Position numbers and translations under genes: made by a program
Shown here: one piece after another, positions 31,389-46,017 of the stretch
Numbering within the stretch: the first letter of the stretch is position 1
Layout of the letters: every line of letters begins with the position of its first letter
The notes under the pieces: generated by a model
What the model was told of the DNA's origin: nothing
What the model saw: only the letters and a program-made list of their open reading frames with translations
The model's database searches: none
Assembly (NCBI GenBank): GCA_009914755.4
Contig: CP086569.2
Location: 16,224,001-16,288,000 of the forward strand
Source of the DNA: the human T2T-CHM13v2.0 reference genome, Homo sapiens
Length of the DNA stretch: 64,000 nt
Direction of reading: 5' to 3'

Positions 31389-32389
31389 CTGACAACCAGT
31401 TTCTCAGCTCCTGGGGAGATGGAGGGAAGGAGTGCAGTGAGGGGTGAGGCCTCCACTACAAGGCCTTCTTCCAGGGACGGTCCTTCCAGCTGAGTGGCAG
31501 CACACTCTCAGGCTGCTTCTTTTGAGGAATTTCTGACTTAGGATAGACTGTCTGAAAGGGGGTTCTCGGCTCCAAAATATCCCTGCTCAAAATAAACCAA
31601 AAACTCAAAAAAGCTATTGGCGGTTGAGCAGTGCATTTCCCAAAGGAACAGAAAAGAAGTGCACTGGGAGGCACTGCTGCTTTGTCTGCTGGGCCTCTTT
31701 ATTAAATGTGGAGAAGGGCAGGTAGCAGGTCCAGGAAATGACTAGACCTGGGATCTGGCCAGGGCACAGGGAAGGCCACAGAGCAGGGACTCGCTGAACC
31801 ATACTTTTATTCCACAGCAGCAAATACACAATGACTGTGCTTTTTGTGTTTTCTGCAAAACTGCCGTATTCTGCAGAAAACATTTCAATCATTCTTCACC
31901 CTGCTGAGAAGAGGAAATCACACAACGTCCTCCACCAGACACTGGAAAAGGCTGAGGCTGAGGGACTGCTGCAGCATTACTTAACAAGGGATTGGGACAA
32001 AAGAAAGCTGCTGAACACAGCTGATCAACAGCAACATGCCATATGAAAAGAGCATCCTCACACTGTCATTAGCCATATGGATTAATTCCAGGGACCACAC
32101 GCATTCATGGAGGTCATCATAGAGCCAATTATGAGAGGACTAGTTATCAGAAAGAATAAAAAATACCAGGATCCTTCCCAACTTTAACTTATGCTGACTA
32201 GCACATCAGGAACATCTAAATCCATACAAGGTATGATGGTTTCTCTAAAATTTTATTTTAAATTGTCATATAATCACGTCTATTTTAATAATATCACAAC
32301 CTAACGTCCCTACTTTGTCAATTGTTACACAAAAGAATCAACATAGTCATTTTTTCCAAACATCTAAAGCCATTCAAGGTAAGGCAACA

Positions 32390-33955
32390 CACAGATATCT
32401 GGAGCACATAACAGATAAGCCTTTAGAACAATGAATGACTATCATCAGAGATAAATAGGGACATTTCATAATCATAAATATGTCAGTTCATTAATAAGAC
32501 ATAATCCTAAATAACACCAAATAGCAGAGCTTCACAATGTATACAGCAAAAACTAATAGAACTGAATGGAGAAACACAAATGTAGAAATAAGTTTAAAAC
32601 TCCTCTATGAAAAATTTATATAAAAATTAGAAAAGAAGTAAGAATATAGAAGACTTCAGAACCACTGTCAAGCAACCTGACCTAATAGATGTTCACACAA
32701 TAATTCTCCCAACAACAGCAAAATCCACATTATTTTTAAGTGCACACAGAACACCCAATAGGAAAGATCCTATTATAAACAATAAAACAATTCTCAAAAA
32801 TTATAAAATACTTAAAATCATATAGAATAACTTCTCTAATGATGATAGAATTAAAATAGACATTAATAATTATAGAAAGGAATTTGGAGAGCCACAAATA
32901 TTTGGATGTTAAACTTCTACGTAAGGCATGGGTCAAAAATGAAATCACAAAGGGAAACTAGTAGTATTTTGTAGAGAACCAAAAACTATCAAAATTTCTG
33001 AGATGTAGCTAAAACACAGTTTAGAGGAAAACTGATGGCATTGAGTGATATGTTAAATAATAAGGTCTCAAATAAGTGATCTAAGTTGACACATTAAACA
33101 CCTTAAAGAAAATTCAATGATGTAAGCTTTTACCCCAAGAAAGTGAAGTAAAATTGCAAAATAAACCCAAAACAAATAAAAGGAAGGAAATAATAAAAAT
33201 AAGAGAGAAAATGAACGAAATGAAAAGTAGAATACAGAAAACCAACTAAATCAAAAGTGGGTTCTTTGAAAAGAGAAATTAGATTAGTAGATTTCTAGCT
33301 AAGCTGATCAAAAAAAATAAAGAAGATCCAAATGTACCAATATTAGCAGGGAAAGAGGGGACATCACTACAGATCCCAACATCAATAAAATGATAAAAAC
33401 TTAATTTTTACAGGATTAATGGCAACACATTTGACCATTTAGATGAAATGAGATAATTCTTTGAAAGATATAACTCCCTCAAGAAGACATGAATAACCTG
33501 AATAGCTTTCTGCCTATGAAAAGAATTGAATTTGTAGTTAAAAACCTCCTTCTCACATCTAGGATCAGACACCCTCACTGGTAAATTTACCGACTTCCCA
33601 AGAAAAAAAAGAATGCCAATTCTAAACACACTTTTCAGAAAATTGGAGGGAACACCTCTCAACTCATTTTACATCAGCACTTCCCTGATCCCAAAACCAG
33701 ACAAAAGCCAGACAAGAAAACGACAGATCTCATGAACACATATATACACCTCCACACATAAAAACAATATTCAATCAGTGTAGAAGTACTCCACCTGAAG
33801 AGCTTCTACAGAACATGAATTCATTAGTTAAAAATACTAAAATATCGCACTACTTCATTAGTTTGCAACAATCACTGATTAGTATCACAGAAGACTACAT
33901 TTATAAGCTAAACTTCAGTGTTAACCTTAACACAACTGGTAGATGAGATAAAATA
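32390..33955 (+). mobile_element. Ancient L1 (L1M-type) ORF2 segment, plus strand
   Basis: Degenerate but collinear ORF2 motifs are present: …attagatttctagctaagctgatcaaaaaaaataaagaagatccaaat (K/E-rich RT N-terminal region), …ttcccaagaaaaaaaagaatgccaattctaaacacacttttcagaaaattgga…tcattttacatcagcacttccctgatcccaaaaccagacaaa (…SFYE(A)SI(T)LIPKPDK…). Confidence 0.65.
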
Positions 33956-33960
33956 AAGGT

Positions 33961-33988
<28 letters not shown>
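33961..33988. repeat. (TA)14 microsatellite next to an Alu fragment
   Basis: tatatatatatatatatatatatatata. Confidence 0.95.
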
Positions 33989-33993
<5 letters not shown>

Positions 33994-34175
33994 GCCAAGC
34001 ATGTGTGGTAGTGCATGCTGTAATCCCAGTTAATTGGGAGGCTTAGGCAAGAGAATCGCTTGAACCCAGAAGTGGAGGTTGCAGTGAGCCAATATTGCAC
34101 CACTACACTCCAGCCTGGGCAGCAGAGCCAGATTCCATCTCAAGAAAACAAACAAAAAAAAGAAACAAAAAAAAT
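33989..34175 (+). mobile_element. Alu right-monomer fragment with an A-rich tail (plus strand)
   Basis: aaatagccaagcatgtgtggtagtgcatgctgtaatcccagttaattgggaggcttaggcaagagaatcgcttgaacccagaagtggaggttgcagtgagcc…cagcctgggcagcagagccagattccatctcaagaaaacaaacaaaaaaaa. Confidence 0.8.
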
Positions 34176-34407
34176 TAGGCAATCATGAACTTCTGTCTGG
34201 ATGTACATAGTCATTAAAGCTGAGTATCAAAACCTGAATTTAAAACAAGATTTTAAAATTACTGTATCACACATCTTTAAAGCAATATTTAAAAAAATAA
34301 TGGAGGACATTTAAACACATGGCTCTCTGTAAAACACAATGCATAAAGAAAATTTTGTTAAAGTACTTTGGTGCTATTAATTTTAAAAACTTAAATACAT
34401 ATTTTTT

Positions 34408-34696
34408 ATTATTATTATTGTTCTGAGACAGGGTCTTGCATTGTGATGCAGGCTGGAGTACAGTCAAGCAATCATAGCAGCCTCAACCTCCTGGGATCAA
34501 ACAATCCCCCAGACTCACCTTCCCTAATAGCTGGGACTACAGGAGCATGCCACCATGCCCAGTAAATTTTTATGTTTTGTAGAGACAAAGTCTCCCTCTG
34601 TTGCCTAAGCTGATCTCAAACTTCTGCCTTAAGCAATCCTCTTGCCTTAGCCTCTCAAAGTCCTGAGCTTACAGGTGTGAGCCACTGTGCCCAGCC
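34408..34696 (-). mobile_element. Alu SINE (minus strand, older subfamily)
   Basis: tattattattattgttctgagacagggtcttgcattgtgatgcaggctggagtacag…gagcttacaggtgtgagccactgtgcccagcc. Confidence 0.85.
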
Positions 34697-36219
34697 TATT
34701 ATTTTATTTTAGCTTATCCTTTTTGCATTTCTATTGCTGTGAATTCTTTCTAAGATACCAGCTGTAACAGTGGAGTACATAAACAAATGCACACCAATGT
34801 GTTTAGACTGGAATGCAGCTCAATATTCTTATTGACGGAGAATGAATCAAAAATGGTTTTGGAAGATTGCTTTACAGCACCACAGCATACTGACATCTTC
34901 AAAATGCTACGGACTCCTATGAAGATGAAAGCCAAGACAAGACTATGACCACAGTCAGAGACTATGGGACATCCGTCAATTATATGCCCTCTTTGAGCTT
35001 CAATTTTGTCATCTGTCAAAGAGAAATGATTACTGTTCCTCATGGAATTAATTCACAAGAAGAACAATGCCTGGAAAATGACATGGGTGAGGAAGCCCCA
35101 GATAAATGTTAGGTAGTGTCGTTATCATCAGATATAGCTCCAGTGTATCAGCAGGAAGGAACGATCCTAATCACCTGATTGAAAACTGCCTGATGCCTTC
35201 ACAAAGTTTTTCATCTTTTAAAGATTGCACACAAACTTTGTCTTACTCACTGGCCTTCCCTGAGAAGTAAAAGACTAAAAAATGCAAATGGAGTTCTGTT
35301 CTAGGGAGAAGCTGGTTAATTACGTGTATAAATGAACTCCAGTTCCCAGCTCCTAGAATTTGGTGTGCTTCCGTGGGTTTACAGGAAGCGCAGAGAGACA
35401 GATATCTAGATATCTGTTGCTCCAAACAATCAGCTCACAGGACACCTCTCCAGGGGAAGAACTGGGGAATGTGGAGAATCAGCACTGTGAGTGGGAAGAA
35501 ACGCTCCTGCTTTCCTCCATCCTAGAGACCCAAGGTGGGTGAGAACAGGGATGTGCAATTAAACAGGATTAAACAAAGGAAAGAGGCAGAAGACAGGCAG
35601 CTGCCGCGCGGTCTCAGGTGTTCTTGGCATTCATTTTTGGGTGATCTGGCCATCAGAACCCTACGAGCCTGGACATTCTCTGTACTGAGACCTGCAGTGA
35701 GCAGCAGAAGCAAGTTGGGGGTAATAGGGGTTGACAGCGCAAATGGGGAGAGGGAACCGCTTAGAGGGCCAGGCATGTCATTAATGCTGTGTGCCGAGAA
35801 CCATGTCCTAGGCCTCAGTCTAGAAGAGCTCTATGAAGTGAGACATGGAAGACAGCTCTATGAAGACAGTGTGACATGGAGGACTTGAAGTGAGCCATGG
35901 AAGTCTGCCACTGGGGCAGACGATGTGGTCAGCTGATGGATGCCACCTTGCTATGAGAAGAGAAGACAGTGATGCTGTTGCAGACAAGACACACCTGTGG
36001 GATTCTGCTGAGCCTCCACCTCCTACATGGGCATCCTAAGGGTTCCTAGCCCCTCTCACCTGACCCCACCATGGGGAAGGTGCCTTGGCATGCTGTCTTT
36101 CTTAGGGGCTACTTTCGCAATTGCCTGAAGGGAAGCTGTTATGCTTTAAAAGCTGTGTGTGACTGAGAGCAGTAGGTGGAATGGTGGCCCCCAAACAGAA
36201 GCCCTAACGCAAGGTACTT

Positions 36220-36605
36220 CTGCTTTTGTTTAGAAAAAGTCTTTGAAGATGTAATTAAGTTAAAAATCTTCAGATAAGCTCACCTTGGATTTAGGATGGG
36301 CCCTAAATGTGATAACTGTTGTCTTTGGAAGTGACCGAAAAGGGGTGAGAAAAACAGAGAAGAAGGCCACGTGGAAACAGAGGCAGAGACTGGAGAGATG
36401 TGGCCACAAGGCCAGGGAAGCCTGGAGTCTCCAGGAGCTGGGAGAAGCAGGAAGGACACTCCCCTAGAACTTCCAGAGGGCGTGTGGCCCTGAGACACCT
36501 TGATTTCAGACTTCCGGTCTCCAGAACTGGGAGCGAGTCAATTTCTTGTATTAGAAGTTGAGAGTTTTCAGTATCTTGTGGCAGCAGCCCAAGAAATGAA
36601 TACAC
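36220..36605 (+). mobile_element. MaLR-like solo LTR (ERVL-MaLR architecture; subfamily not assigned), copy 1
   Basis: …tctttgaagatgtaattaagtta…ggatgggccctaaatgtgataactg…gacaccttgatttcagacttccggtctccagaactgggag…ttgtggcagcagcccaagaaatgaatac. It has the same architecture as copy 2, and the …agcccaagaaatgaatac-type terminus resembles THE1/MST/MLT1 LTR ends (…GGACTAATACA). Confidence 0.5.
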
Positions 36606-36995
36606 AAGTGCTCTGTTCTTGAATGTGAATGAGCAGAACAGACACTGCCACGTGTTTGTGGAAGAAGACACAAACAGGCAGAAGACAAGAATCTGCCAGA
36701 AAACAATGGCAATACAGAGAAAAGTGGGCAAAGAAGCAACAGTCATGATAATAGTATTCATGGAGACATAAGTTACTGAGTCTTTAAAACAAAAACAGAA
36801 AGCTAGGAAAGTACAATGCCCAGAAGAAGAAAGAGCATAGAAGGGTTAAAACAAATCAGGAGATGAGGGCGGACACAGGCAATGTCAGCTAAAACACCAA
36901 GCTGTCTGGCATGCGGTTCAAGGAGGTTGCCGGGCAGGTGGTAAACAGACTGCTTCCCTTTCTCGCTCCCTAGAAATATGTCAGATGTGCAGGTT

Positions 36996-37895
<900 letters not shown>

Positions 37896-40800
37896 ATATA
37901 TGTCATGTGTGATTTTTAAAACACTGACAATATTCAAATATACATAGAAACTGCCTGATTGATGTTGCTTTGTTCCCTGTGAGGCAGTTTCACTTCCTGA
38001 GGACTACAGAGAAACCCTGCCACCCTCTGGCCTCCACCCTCTTCCTAAGGCTCAGAATCTGAGCTGTTACCTGCATCTTTGCCGTGAAGACATAGCTCAT
38101 GTGCTATCACTTCCTGGAAATTTTACCAGGCTCCTCACACCCTTGTAACCCTCTGGGATTCACCGCAACACCTCCAGCAGCTGGCTGCAGTTATTTCACT
38201 TGTATGTATGCGGTTAGAAACTTCCACTCAAGAAGGAGTCATAACCTCTGCACTCCCAAGACCCCCATGCAGACATCCCGTCAATAAACTGCTTATTTCC
38301 TGCCCTCTGTTTTCCTCATCCTCATACTCCATTCCCTCTGTTCTTAGGAATGGAAGGCAGTGGTGGGGGCAGGAATCATTCCTTTTCCTTGCAGTACATG
38401 TGTGCACATTGGAATAGAAAGTGATTTCAGATACATAGTGGGAAGGCGAGCTAGTTTTCCTTTGACTCCATCCATGGCTGATGAAGCAAGCTGAATGCTG
38501 GCTGTGGGGGTGTGAGGATGCCCACTGCGCTACACAACAATGCTCAGAGTTTCTTAGAGTTTGTGTTTCCAATTAGGAGGCCACGCTTGGCTGGCACATG
38601 CTGGGCCCTCAATAAATATGACTGATATTGAATAGAAAATTAGGGCAAAGTTCATTAAAAATAACATCTGGCTACGTGAAAATCACTCAGATTCTAGATT
38701 TTAAGTGTTCTCCCCACAAAACATGATCAGAAAGTGAGATGATACATGTGATCATTAGCTTGATGCAGCCACTCCACAATGTATACACACTTCAAAACAT
38801 GTTGTGCATGATATCTACATATGATTTTTATTTGTCAATTAACAATTAAGTTAAAAAAATAGCATCCAGTTATCCGAGTTCATGGTGGGGAGCCTTCTCA
38901 TGGAGCGGTTAGTGTTCTCCTCTACACAAGACAGACCTGTTACTCTCTAATAAGATGCTGCCTCCTGGAGAATGTGTACCCAGGGAGCACACACGCTCCA
39001 TCAGACTTTGCTGTTGTGGTATAGCATACGGAGACGGTATAAGATTCGATGTGACTGACAGGCACATTTATCCAAGAGAAAACTTTCAAGATCTGATGCA
39101 GTAATGCAGTGTTTCCATTCTTATTTCTTGCTTACTTGAAGTTCCTTGAGCTAGCTGAAAGCACTTACTGTTGTGAGGCTTCCTAAGGAAACATCAGTGC
39201 CAGGTTCTTCACAAATGTCACACATGATCTCACAAGGAAGGTACCATGTTCTGAAAAACACTGTGCTTTAGAATACTAGAATTTTTGGCACTTTACAATG
39301 CAAGGACTTGTCTTGCTCTCTGAACACTGGGTCTTACATGGGCAACTTGGCCCATGAGCCAAGTCCCTGAGCATTCAGTCATTAATGGACAGTCAGAGGC
39401 CACATGCAGGAAGCTGCTGCTGTGCGAATAGCTGATGCCCTGAGTGAGTTGACCAGGAAAGCAGAAAGATGTCTGCAGGCCAAACAGGCACCTGGGATTC
39501 CATAAAATGGATGCAAGTTAACTTTACATCATACGGGGTAGGCTGTATAGGTCAGGTATTCACAGAGGGGTCCACAAAATGGATTTTAGCAAACTGCAAG
39601 TTTAACATCTGTTTAATTTTAAAAGAAATGTGGTGATTCATTTATTTCTTGTTCAAGGTTTATTGAAGGAAACATAAGTCCATGAGGACAGGTCGCTAGC
39701 ACTGTGAGTAATGGACTGGTCGCGCTCAGTGACAAAGTGTCTCCTGGACCAGACTCTACCCAGGCTGCTCTGAGTCTTTTTCTCTACAATGCCCCTACAC
39801 TGGCCTATAAAGACTTGAACATGTTCAGCAGCTCAAGGTCATACCCCTAGATGACTCTAATCCCCTTAAAGTACTTGCCTATGAAAACTCAAGGCTGCCA
39901 AAATAACTAACTAATCATTGGTTCCAGCCATCCCTGCTAGACAAGCCTCTGTGGAAGGGCAGGAGCCTGACTTCTATCAGCACCAGTGAAACCCAGATGG
40001 CTTCACACTGACCAAACCCTCTTCCCGCTTTTTGCAATTTTCACTTCCCTGACTCTGCTGAGCCCCTCCTAACCCTTCCCTACTCCCTGAGTTTCCGTTT
40101 AAAATGTCCGGTCACCTCTGGGCTAATTGATGTTGAGTCCAGTTTCACATATGTGTTTTCTCTATTGCAAAAGTGTAAATTATGGAAGAAAATCTGTGCT
40201 GACCACTTTAACTACTGTTTGGCTGTGTTTATCCTTGACGCTAGAAAATAACCAAAGTCATATTCCCCAGAGTACATAGTATTCACATTCATATACATAG
40301 TTTTAAAAATTGTAACTTCAAGTATAAATTTAAAAGAAATATTAACTAATTTAAGAAATGTCAATAATATAGATTCTTGATTTTTATAAGTTCTGTAAGT
40401 TTATCTATTAAAATGGAACCATCACTTACAAACACTACTGTGTGCTTTTTAGTTCCCTCACAGGAAACTTCTGGTAGCCACAGCCACTGTGATTGGGCAT
40501 CTCTTAATAATTTACTGCAGAGCCATGCCTAGGCCTATTCCTCTTCTGAACTTCTCCAAGCTCTAGGGAGCAAGCTTCTTTCTCAGACATCACTGATTTT
40601 GGCAAAGCACCTCTTTCCTTTTTCCAGGCCTTCCAAATGAATTCTGCTGCTTTGAAAAGGTGCTTGCTGGGAGGAACAGGGCCCCTGGTCATGTGCAGAT
40701 CTTCAGTCCTAATTTACTAGGGACCTTTCACCAACTCAAAGCTAGTATCAGGGATCACCACTGCTTGCACCATGAGATCTGTCTCATGGAATTGAGTCAC

Positions 40801-40914
40801 TCACCTATATCCTCAGTGTAAGACAGTGTGGTAGCATAGAAGGAAGGGAAACAAGAGAAAGGAATTGGGCTGGGGGGCTGGAAGAGGAACAGGGCTCTGG
40901 CCAAGTCTGGCTGA

Positions 40915-41028
40915 ACCTCCCGGAACACTCCAGCCAAACGTAAGTGACTGAGCCCACACCCCAGCTCAGGGCCCTCCTGGAACACTCCAGCCAAATAGCA
41001 GTGACTAAGCCTGCACCCCAGATCAGGG
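40915..41028. repeat. 57-bp tandem duplication (two copies, ~85% identical)
   Basis: cctcccggaacactccagccaaacgtaagtgactgagcccacaccccagctcagggc | cctcctggaacactccagccaaatagcagtgactaagcctgcaccccagatcagggc. Confidence 0.85.
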
Positions 41029-41149
41029 CAGCATCAGGTTCTGGGGCACCCTGGACACTGGCAGTCTGGGCTATGAATAGGAAAGTATGGGTGGAGGTAT
41101 AATGGCTTGACAGTGCCCTCCTCGCAAAATTCATGTTCACCTAAAATGT

Positions 41150-41538
41150 CGGAATAGGACCTTATTTGGAAATAGGGTCTTTGCAGATGTAATCAAGTTA
41201 TTATGAGGCCATTCTAAATTAAGGTTGGACCCTAAATCCAATGAAAGGAGAGGGAAATTTGGAGAAAGTGACACATAGGCTGTGGGAGGGCATGTGAAAA
41301 TGGAGGCAGAGATTGGGGAGATGAAGCTACAAGTCAAGGAAAGCTAAGGGTGGCCGGCAACTACCAGCAGCTGAAAAAAGGCAGGAAGGATCCTTCCCTA
41401 GAGCCTTGAGAGGGAGTGCAGCCCTGCTCACACCTTGACTTCGGACTTCTAGCCTTCTGAGGTGTCAGACAATAAGTTTCTGCTGCTTTAAGCCACGGAG
41501 TTTCTTAATTAACACAGCACTACCAGGAAGCTAATACA
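41150..41538 (+). mobile_element. MaLR-like solo LTR (same family as the 36220-36605 copy), copy 2
   Basis: ggaccttatttggaaatagggtctttgcagatgtaatcaagtta…ggttggaccctaaatccaatgaaagg…ggaggcagagattggggagatgaagctacaagtcaaggaa…cacaccttgacttcggacttctagccttctgaggtgtcagacaataagtttctgctgctttaagccac…aggaagctaatacag. Confidence 0.55.
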
Positions 41539-42297
41539 GTGCATTGACCCTGGAGGAAAAAACTTGGATAGACTGAGGTTCTATCTGTGAGATGACCTTA
41601 AACCACCTTAATTATCTTTCTCAAATTCTGGTACTTGACACACAAATTTGTGATACTTGATGGGGAGACAGTGTGGGAAACCTGTGTTTCCTTCTTTGGC
41701 AAACATTAAATACTGATGGAAATAAAGCAGTTATGGAAATAAATATAAACTAACTCCTTTTAAATCTTCAAACAAACAGTTGCAAGAGTCTAGTTTGCAT
41801 TTATTTGATCTGCAGGTCTTGGTGCAACACAGAGGATGAGCATCCGACTACCTTCAAATGTACTGCTGTTCTATCCACAGCTGGCTGCTTGCTCTGCAGC
41901 AATATATGCTGTCTAATGCTCTCTGGGATCGCTGAAATGTGACTGGCATAAACTCCTCCAACCAAAGAAGCGCCTTTCTCTAGAATCTCCTTATCAGTAT
42001 CATGAATGGCATAGTTTGTGTTCTGCTCCAATTTCACAGACTTACAGCAGAATTTCAGATTAAAATGGAAAGCCGGGGAGGGCAATTCAAACCACTGAGC
42101 AATGCCTGGTAATTACAGATGGATCAAACAATAAAAGTTAAAACAAAACTTTTTTTTCAGACATTGAAAACAAGAGACAAAGTAATACTGAGTAATGCAG
42201 GAATTTTATTTCAGAAAAATTGATTCTGCATTTCTACATTAGTTTCTGTGAAGTGAACGTAAGACTACAGTGTGTAATTTCCTTTTCTTAAGTAGTG

Positions 42298-42400
42298 ACA
42301 GGATTTTACTTTGTTGGCCAGGATTGTCTCGAGTTCCTGTCCTCAAGCAACCTGCCTCCCTCAGTCTCCTACAATGCTGGCATTACAGGTGTAGAGTGTG
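42298..42400 (-). mobile_element. Short Alu fragment (minus strand)
   Basis: gacaggattttactttgttggccaggattgtctcgagttcctgtcctcaagcaacctgcctccctcagtctcctacaatgctggcattacaggtgtagag. Confidence 0.7.
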
Positions 42401-45360
42401 ATAGTGGGAGTGAATGTCTGCCCTTTCTCATTCCTTTGCTAAGCACTAGGACTTTGGAAGGAAGGGCTCTCCACCTGATCTTACTGACCTTAAGTGCCCC
42501 TCATCCAGGCAGGACTTGATGTCCTAATGTTAAAAAATGACTGTAAATTTCCCTGCAGTATAGACTTGCCTCTGTAACATCTTACATGAAAACTTCACTC
42601 TCACTATAGAATGGTGTACTGGTCCTTGCTTCTTTCCCTTATAAAGAATAACTATGACTTTACAAAAAAAAATGCCATTTTACTAATAGCATGGGATACG
42701 TATGAGTGTCCTTGTGATCCAGATTTGCCACTGTAGCAATTTACACACAAATTGTTCTCTGACTCTAGCAAGTAGTACTAACCCCTGATCCCTTTTTTTT
42801 TAAACCCCTTGCAGAGAATGACTGGACTAGTACTTTGCAGTATAATGCCATTTTACAACACATGAAATGCATGAGAGTTTCCTTGTGTTCTAGATGTGCC
42901 TCTGTGACAACCTGCATGCAAACTGCTCTCTGACTCTAACGTTGGCTACTGATCCATGATCTTTGCTTTTCTTTCCTTTTAGAAAATGGCTATACTAGGA
43001 CTGAAGAGCATAATATCAACAAAAATGACAACCAAAGTTTAAGTTCTAAGCCTCTTGAAAGGCAGGGAAGAATATATAGATTACAGGAGCATCTGGAAAG
43101 GATGTGTGTTCCCCAGAGAGGACTACATTTCAGATGTGGATCCCCACAACAGAAGACTGGGGGCTGAGTCACCAGGCAGATTCTAAGTAAGCTACACAGC
43201 ACCACTTGGGGGCACAAGTGGGAGCCTTCTCCAAACTGGAAGTTACTACCTGTAGTTAGTTTTTTCATCAATAGGCCTTGAAATATTGGTATTTGAGGGT
43301 TGTTGTCATGAGGTAACTTCCTTCCCCAGAGAAGAGTTCTCTAGGATCTTTTTTGGCTGTGCATAAAAAAGAGTGAGGTGAAGGGACCTGGCGGGCTCAC
43401 AGCGCAGGGTGCAGGGATCTTTTATCTACATCCTCCACTGTGCCTGATCACCAGAGATCTGAAGTCTTTCTGGCTCTGTGTATAAACCTGTTTTCTGCCC
43501 CAGGTGGCATTTTGAATGCACAACTTGGGGTGGAGGGCCCAGTGGCTCGGCTACTTCATATTTTGAATTTAAACTGCTCTGCAGTGTTTTAGCTCTTTGT
43601 TTTATCCTGTGTTTTTTTAAAAACAGAAATTCACCCTACTACATGTTTTTAAATGAAAAGAGTATTTTCACTCTTTCACAACGTGTTTTAACAATGATCT
43701 TATAACCTGTGAAAATGAGATGAAGTTCCACTTTCTATGTCTTTACAGACAGTTCGGAGCGCAGCACCAGCACGCACTCACCACTGTTTACGGCTACTTG
43801 CTTCTCAACACAGCAAAGCTGAAGGCTTCACACATACACCATGGGGTCTGCAAAGCTGAAAACATAGAGAAAGCTTGCTGGCTTCTGCTAGATAGCAAAC
43901 AAATCATGCGCAGGCCCAAGAGGTGAAAGGAAAGCGGTAACATTAGGTAGGATGGAAATATAAGAGGTATATTTTGTAATGCAGGAAGTCAGCCAGGCAT
44001 TGACACCTAACCCCTTCGCCCCCTTGCCTGTGACACTAATGAGAAGAATTACTGTCAGTTTTTCAAGGAATTCATGCACAGACCAGATAGGAAATTAACC
44101 TCATGAGAGAATTACCATCCTAGAAACAGAATCCAAAAGCCCCCAGTGAGTTTCTTCCATTAACCATTTAGTTAAATAATGTCTAACACTCCTCAAATTA
44201 TTACAGCATTATTGGAGCAAATTATCAAAATAATATTGAGAATTTAAAGTATATTTGGAATCTACATATTATATATATTGTATAATAACTCACTAAAAAT
44301 ATGTAGCATAAAGGTTTATTAATGTTAGTTTGAAGTACAGTTCCTGTACTATGCAGCTGAATCCAAATAGAGTTTTTTTAGTTAACCAAGTATAGAACAT
44401 TTTATGAGCCACAGACCCCCCATTTCAATGCAACCAGAAAGGAGCAGAATTTTTTAAATTAAAAAAAAAATTCTTAGTCCCATGAAATAAAATTCATATA
44501 AATCTCTAATCGACAAAAAGGATGTATATAAAGATTAAATCAGTTTGATATACCAACATGCTTAAATTTCCTTATTAAATTGCCCTTACAATAGGCTGTG
44601 CATCGTACAAAGAAAAATCAGAAAAATAAGATTCATACAACCCAGACAGTATCTCTTTTGGGAGTTTTATAGTATTTTTCTAAAATGTGGGACATTCAGA
44701 AAATGCCCACTTCCCTCAAGCTAGCTGGTAAGTGACCCTCTGATTATATGCGTCACATCTCACCTGTATCTAACAGGGAGAGCCAGTTGCAACAACAGAA
44801 ACTCCTGTGTTGTCACAATGAAGAGGCTGGAGGCTACCATGCGGGCTCCCACAAGCCCCCACCTCACCCCAAACAGGTCAGACCCCACCCCCTCAGACAC
44901 AATCTTGTGCTCCATCCTGTGTGACAAAGGATAACACCATTGGCAAATTCGCAGTTCAATGTGGGAGTCTACTATCAGTTTTAGAATTTGCTCTTTGCCC
45001 TCAAAATCAAGTAAATTTTTTTTTGTGTTATGTAACAGATGAGAAGCAGAGGACTTTTCACAGTTTTACATTGATATGAGAAACAAGTGGCACTGAACAC
45101 TTCCAAAGGGTCATTGGCAACTCCATGAAAAAGACTTTTTGATCATCAGGAGTCTCTTCTCCTTACAGAAGCTACACCAGCATTCTTTCTGGACATTATG
45201 CCATCTCTATAGCCAGCTGTCAATAGTACATAAAAAAGAAAGGGAAAGATACTGATGAACAGTATTTTGTTCTGATCAGGACATACTTAGTTCATCACTT
45301 GACTGTGCTAACTCAGGTCTCCTAGGTTTCACTAGAATGTGCAAAGCTTTGGAAACTTAA

Positions 45361-46017
<657 letters not shown>

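Noticed and set aside
35395-35412. Perfect 18-bp palindrome, cagatatctagatatctg
   Set aside because: It is short enough to occur by chance, and there are no flanking features that suggest a regulatory or transposon-terminal role.
41801-42085. 94-codon minus-strand ORF in non-repeat DNA containing …IHDTDKEIL…GASLVGG…, which briefly suggested a HAD (DxD) or patatin (GxSxG) motif
   Set aside because: The motifs are incomplete (DTDK not DxDG; GASLVGG not GxSxG). There are no splice-site-bounded frames and no collinearity with PUDP or PNPLA4. I treat it as a chance ORF pending a database search.
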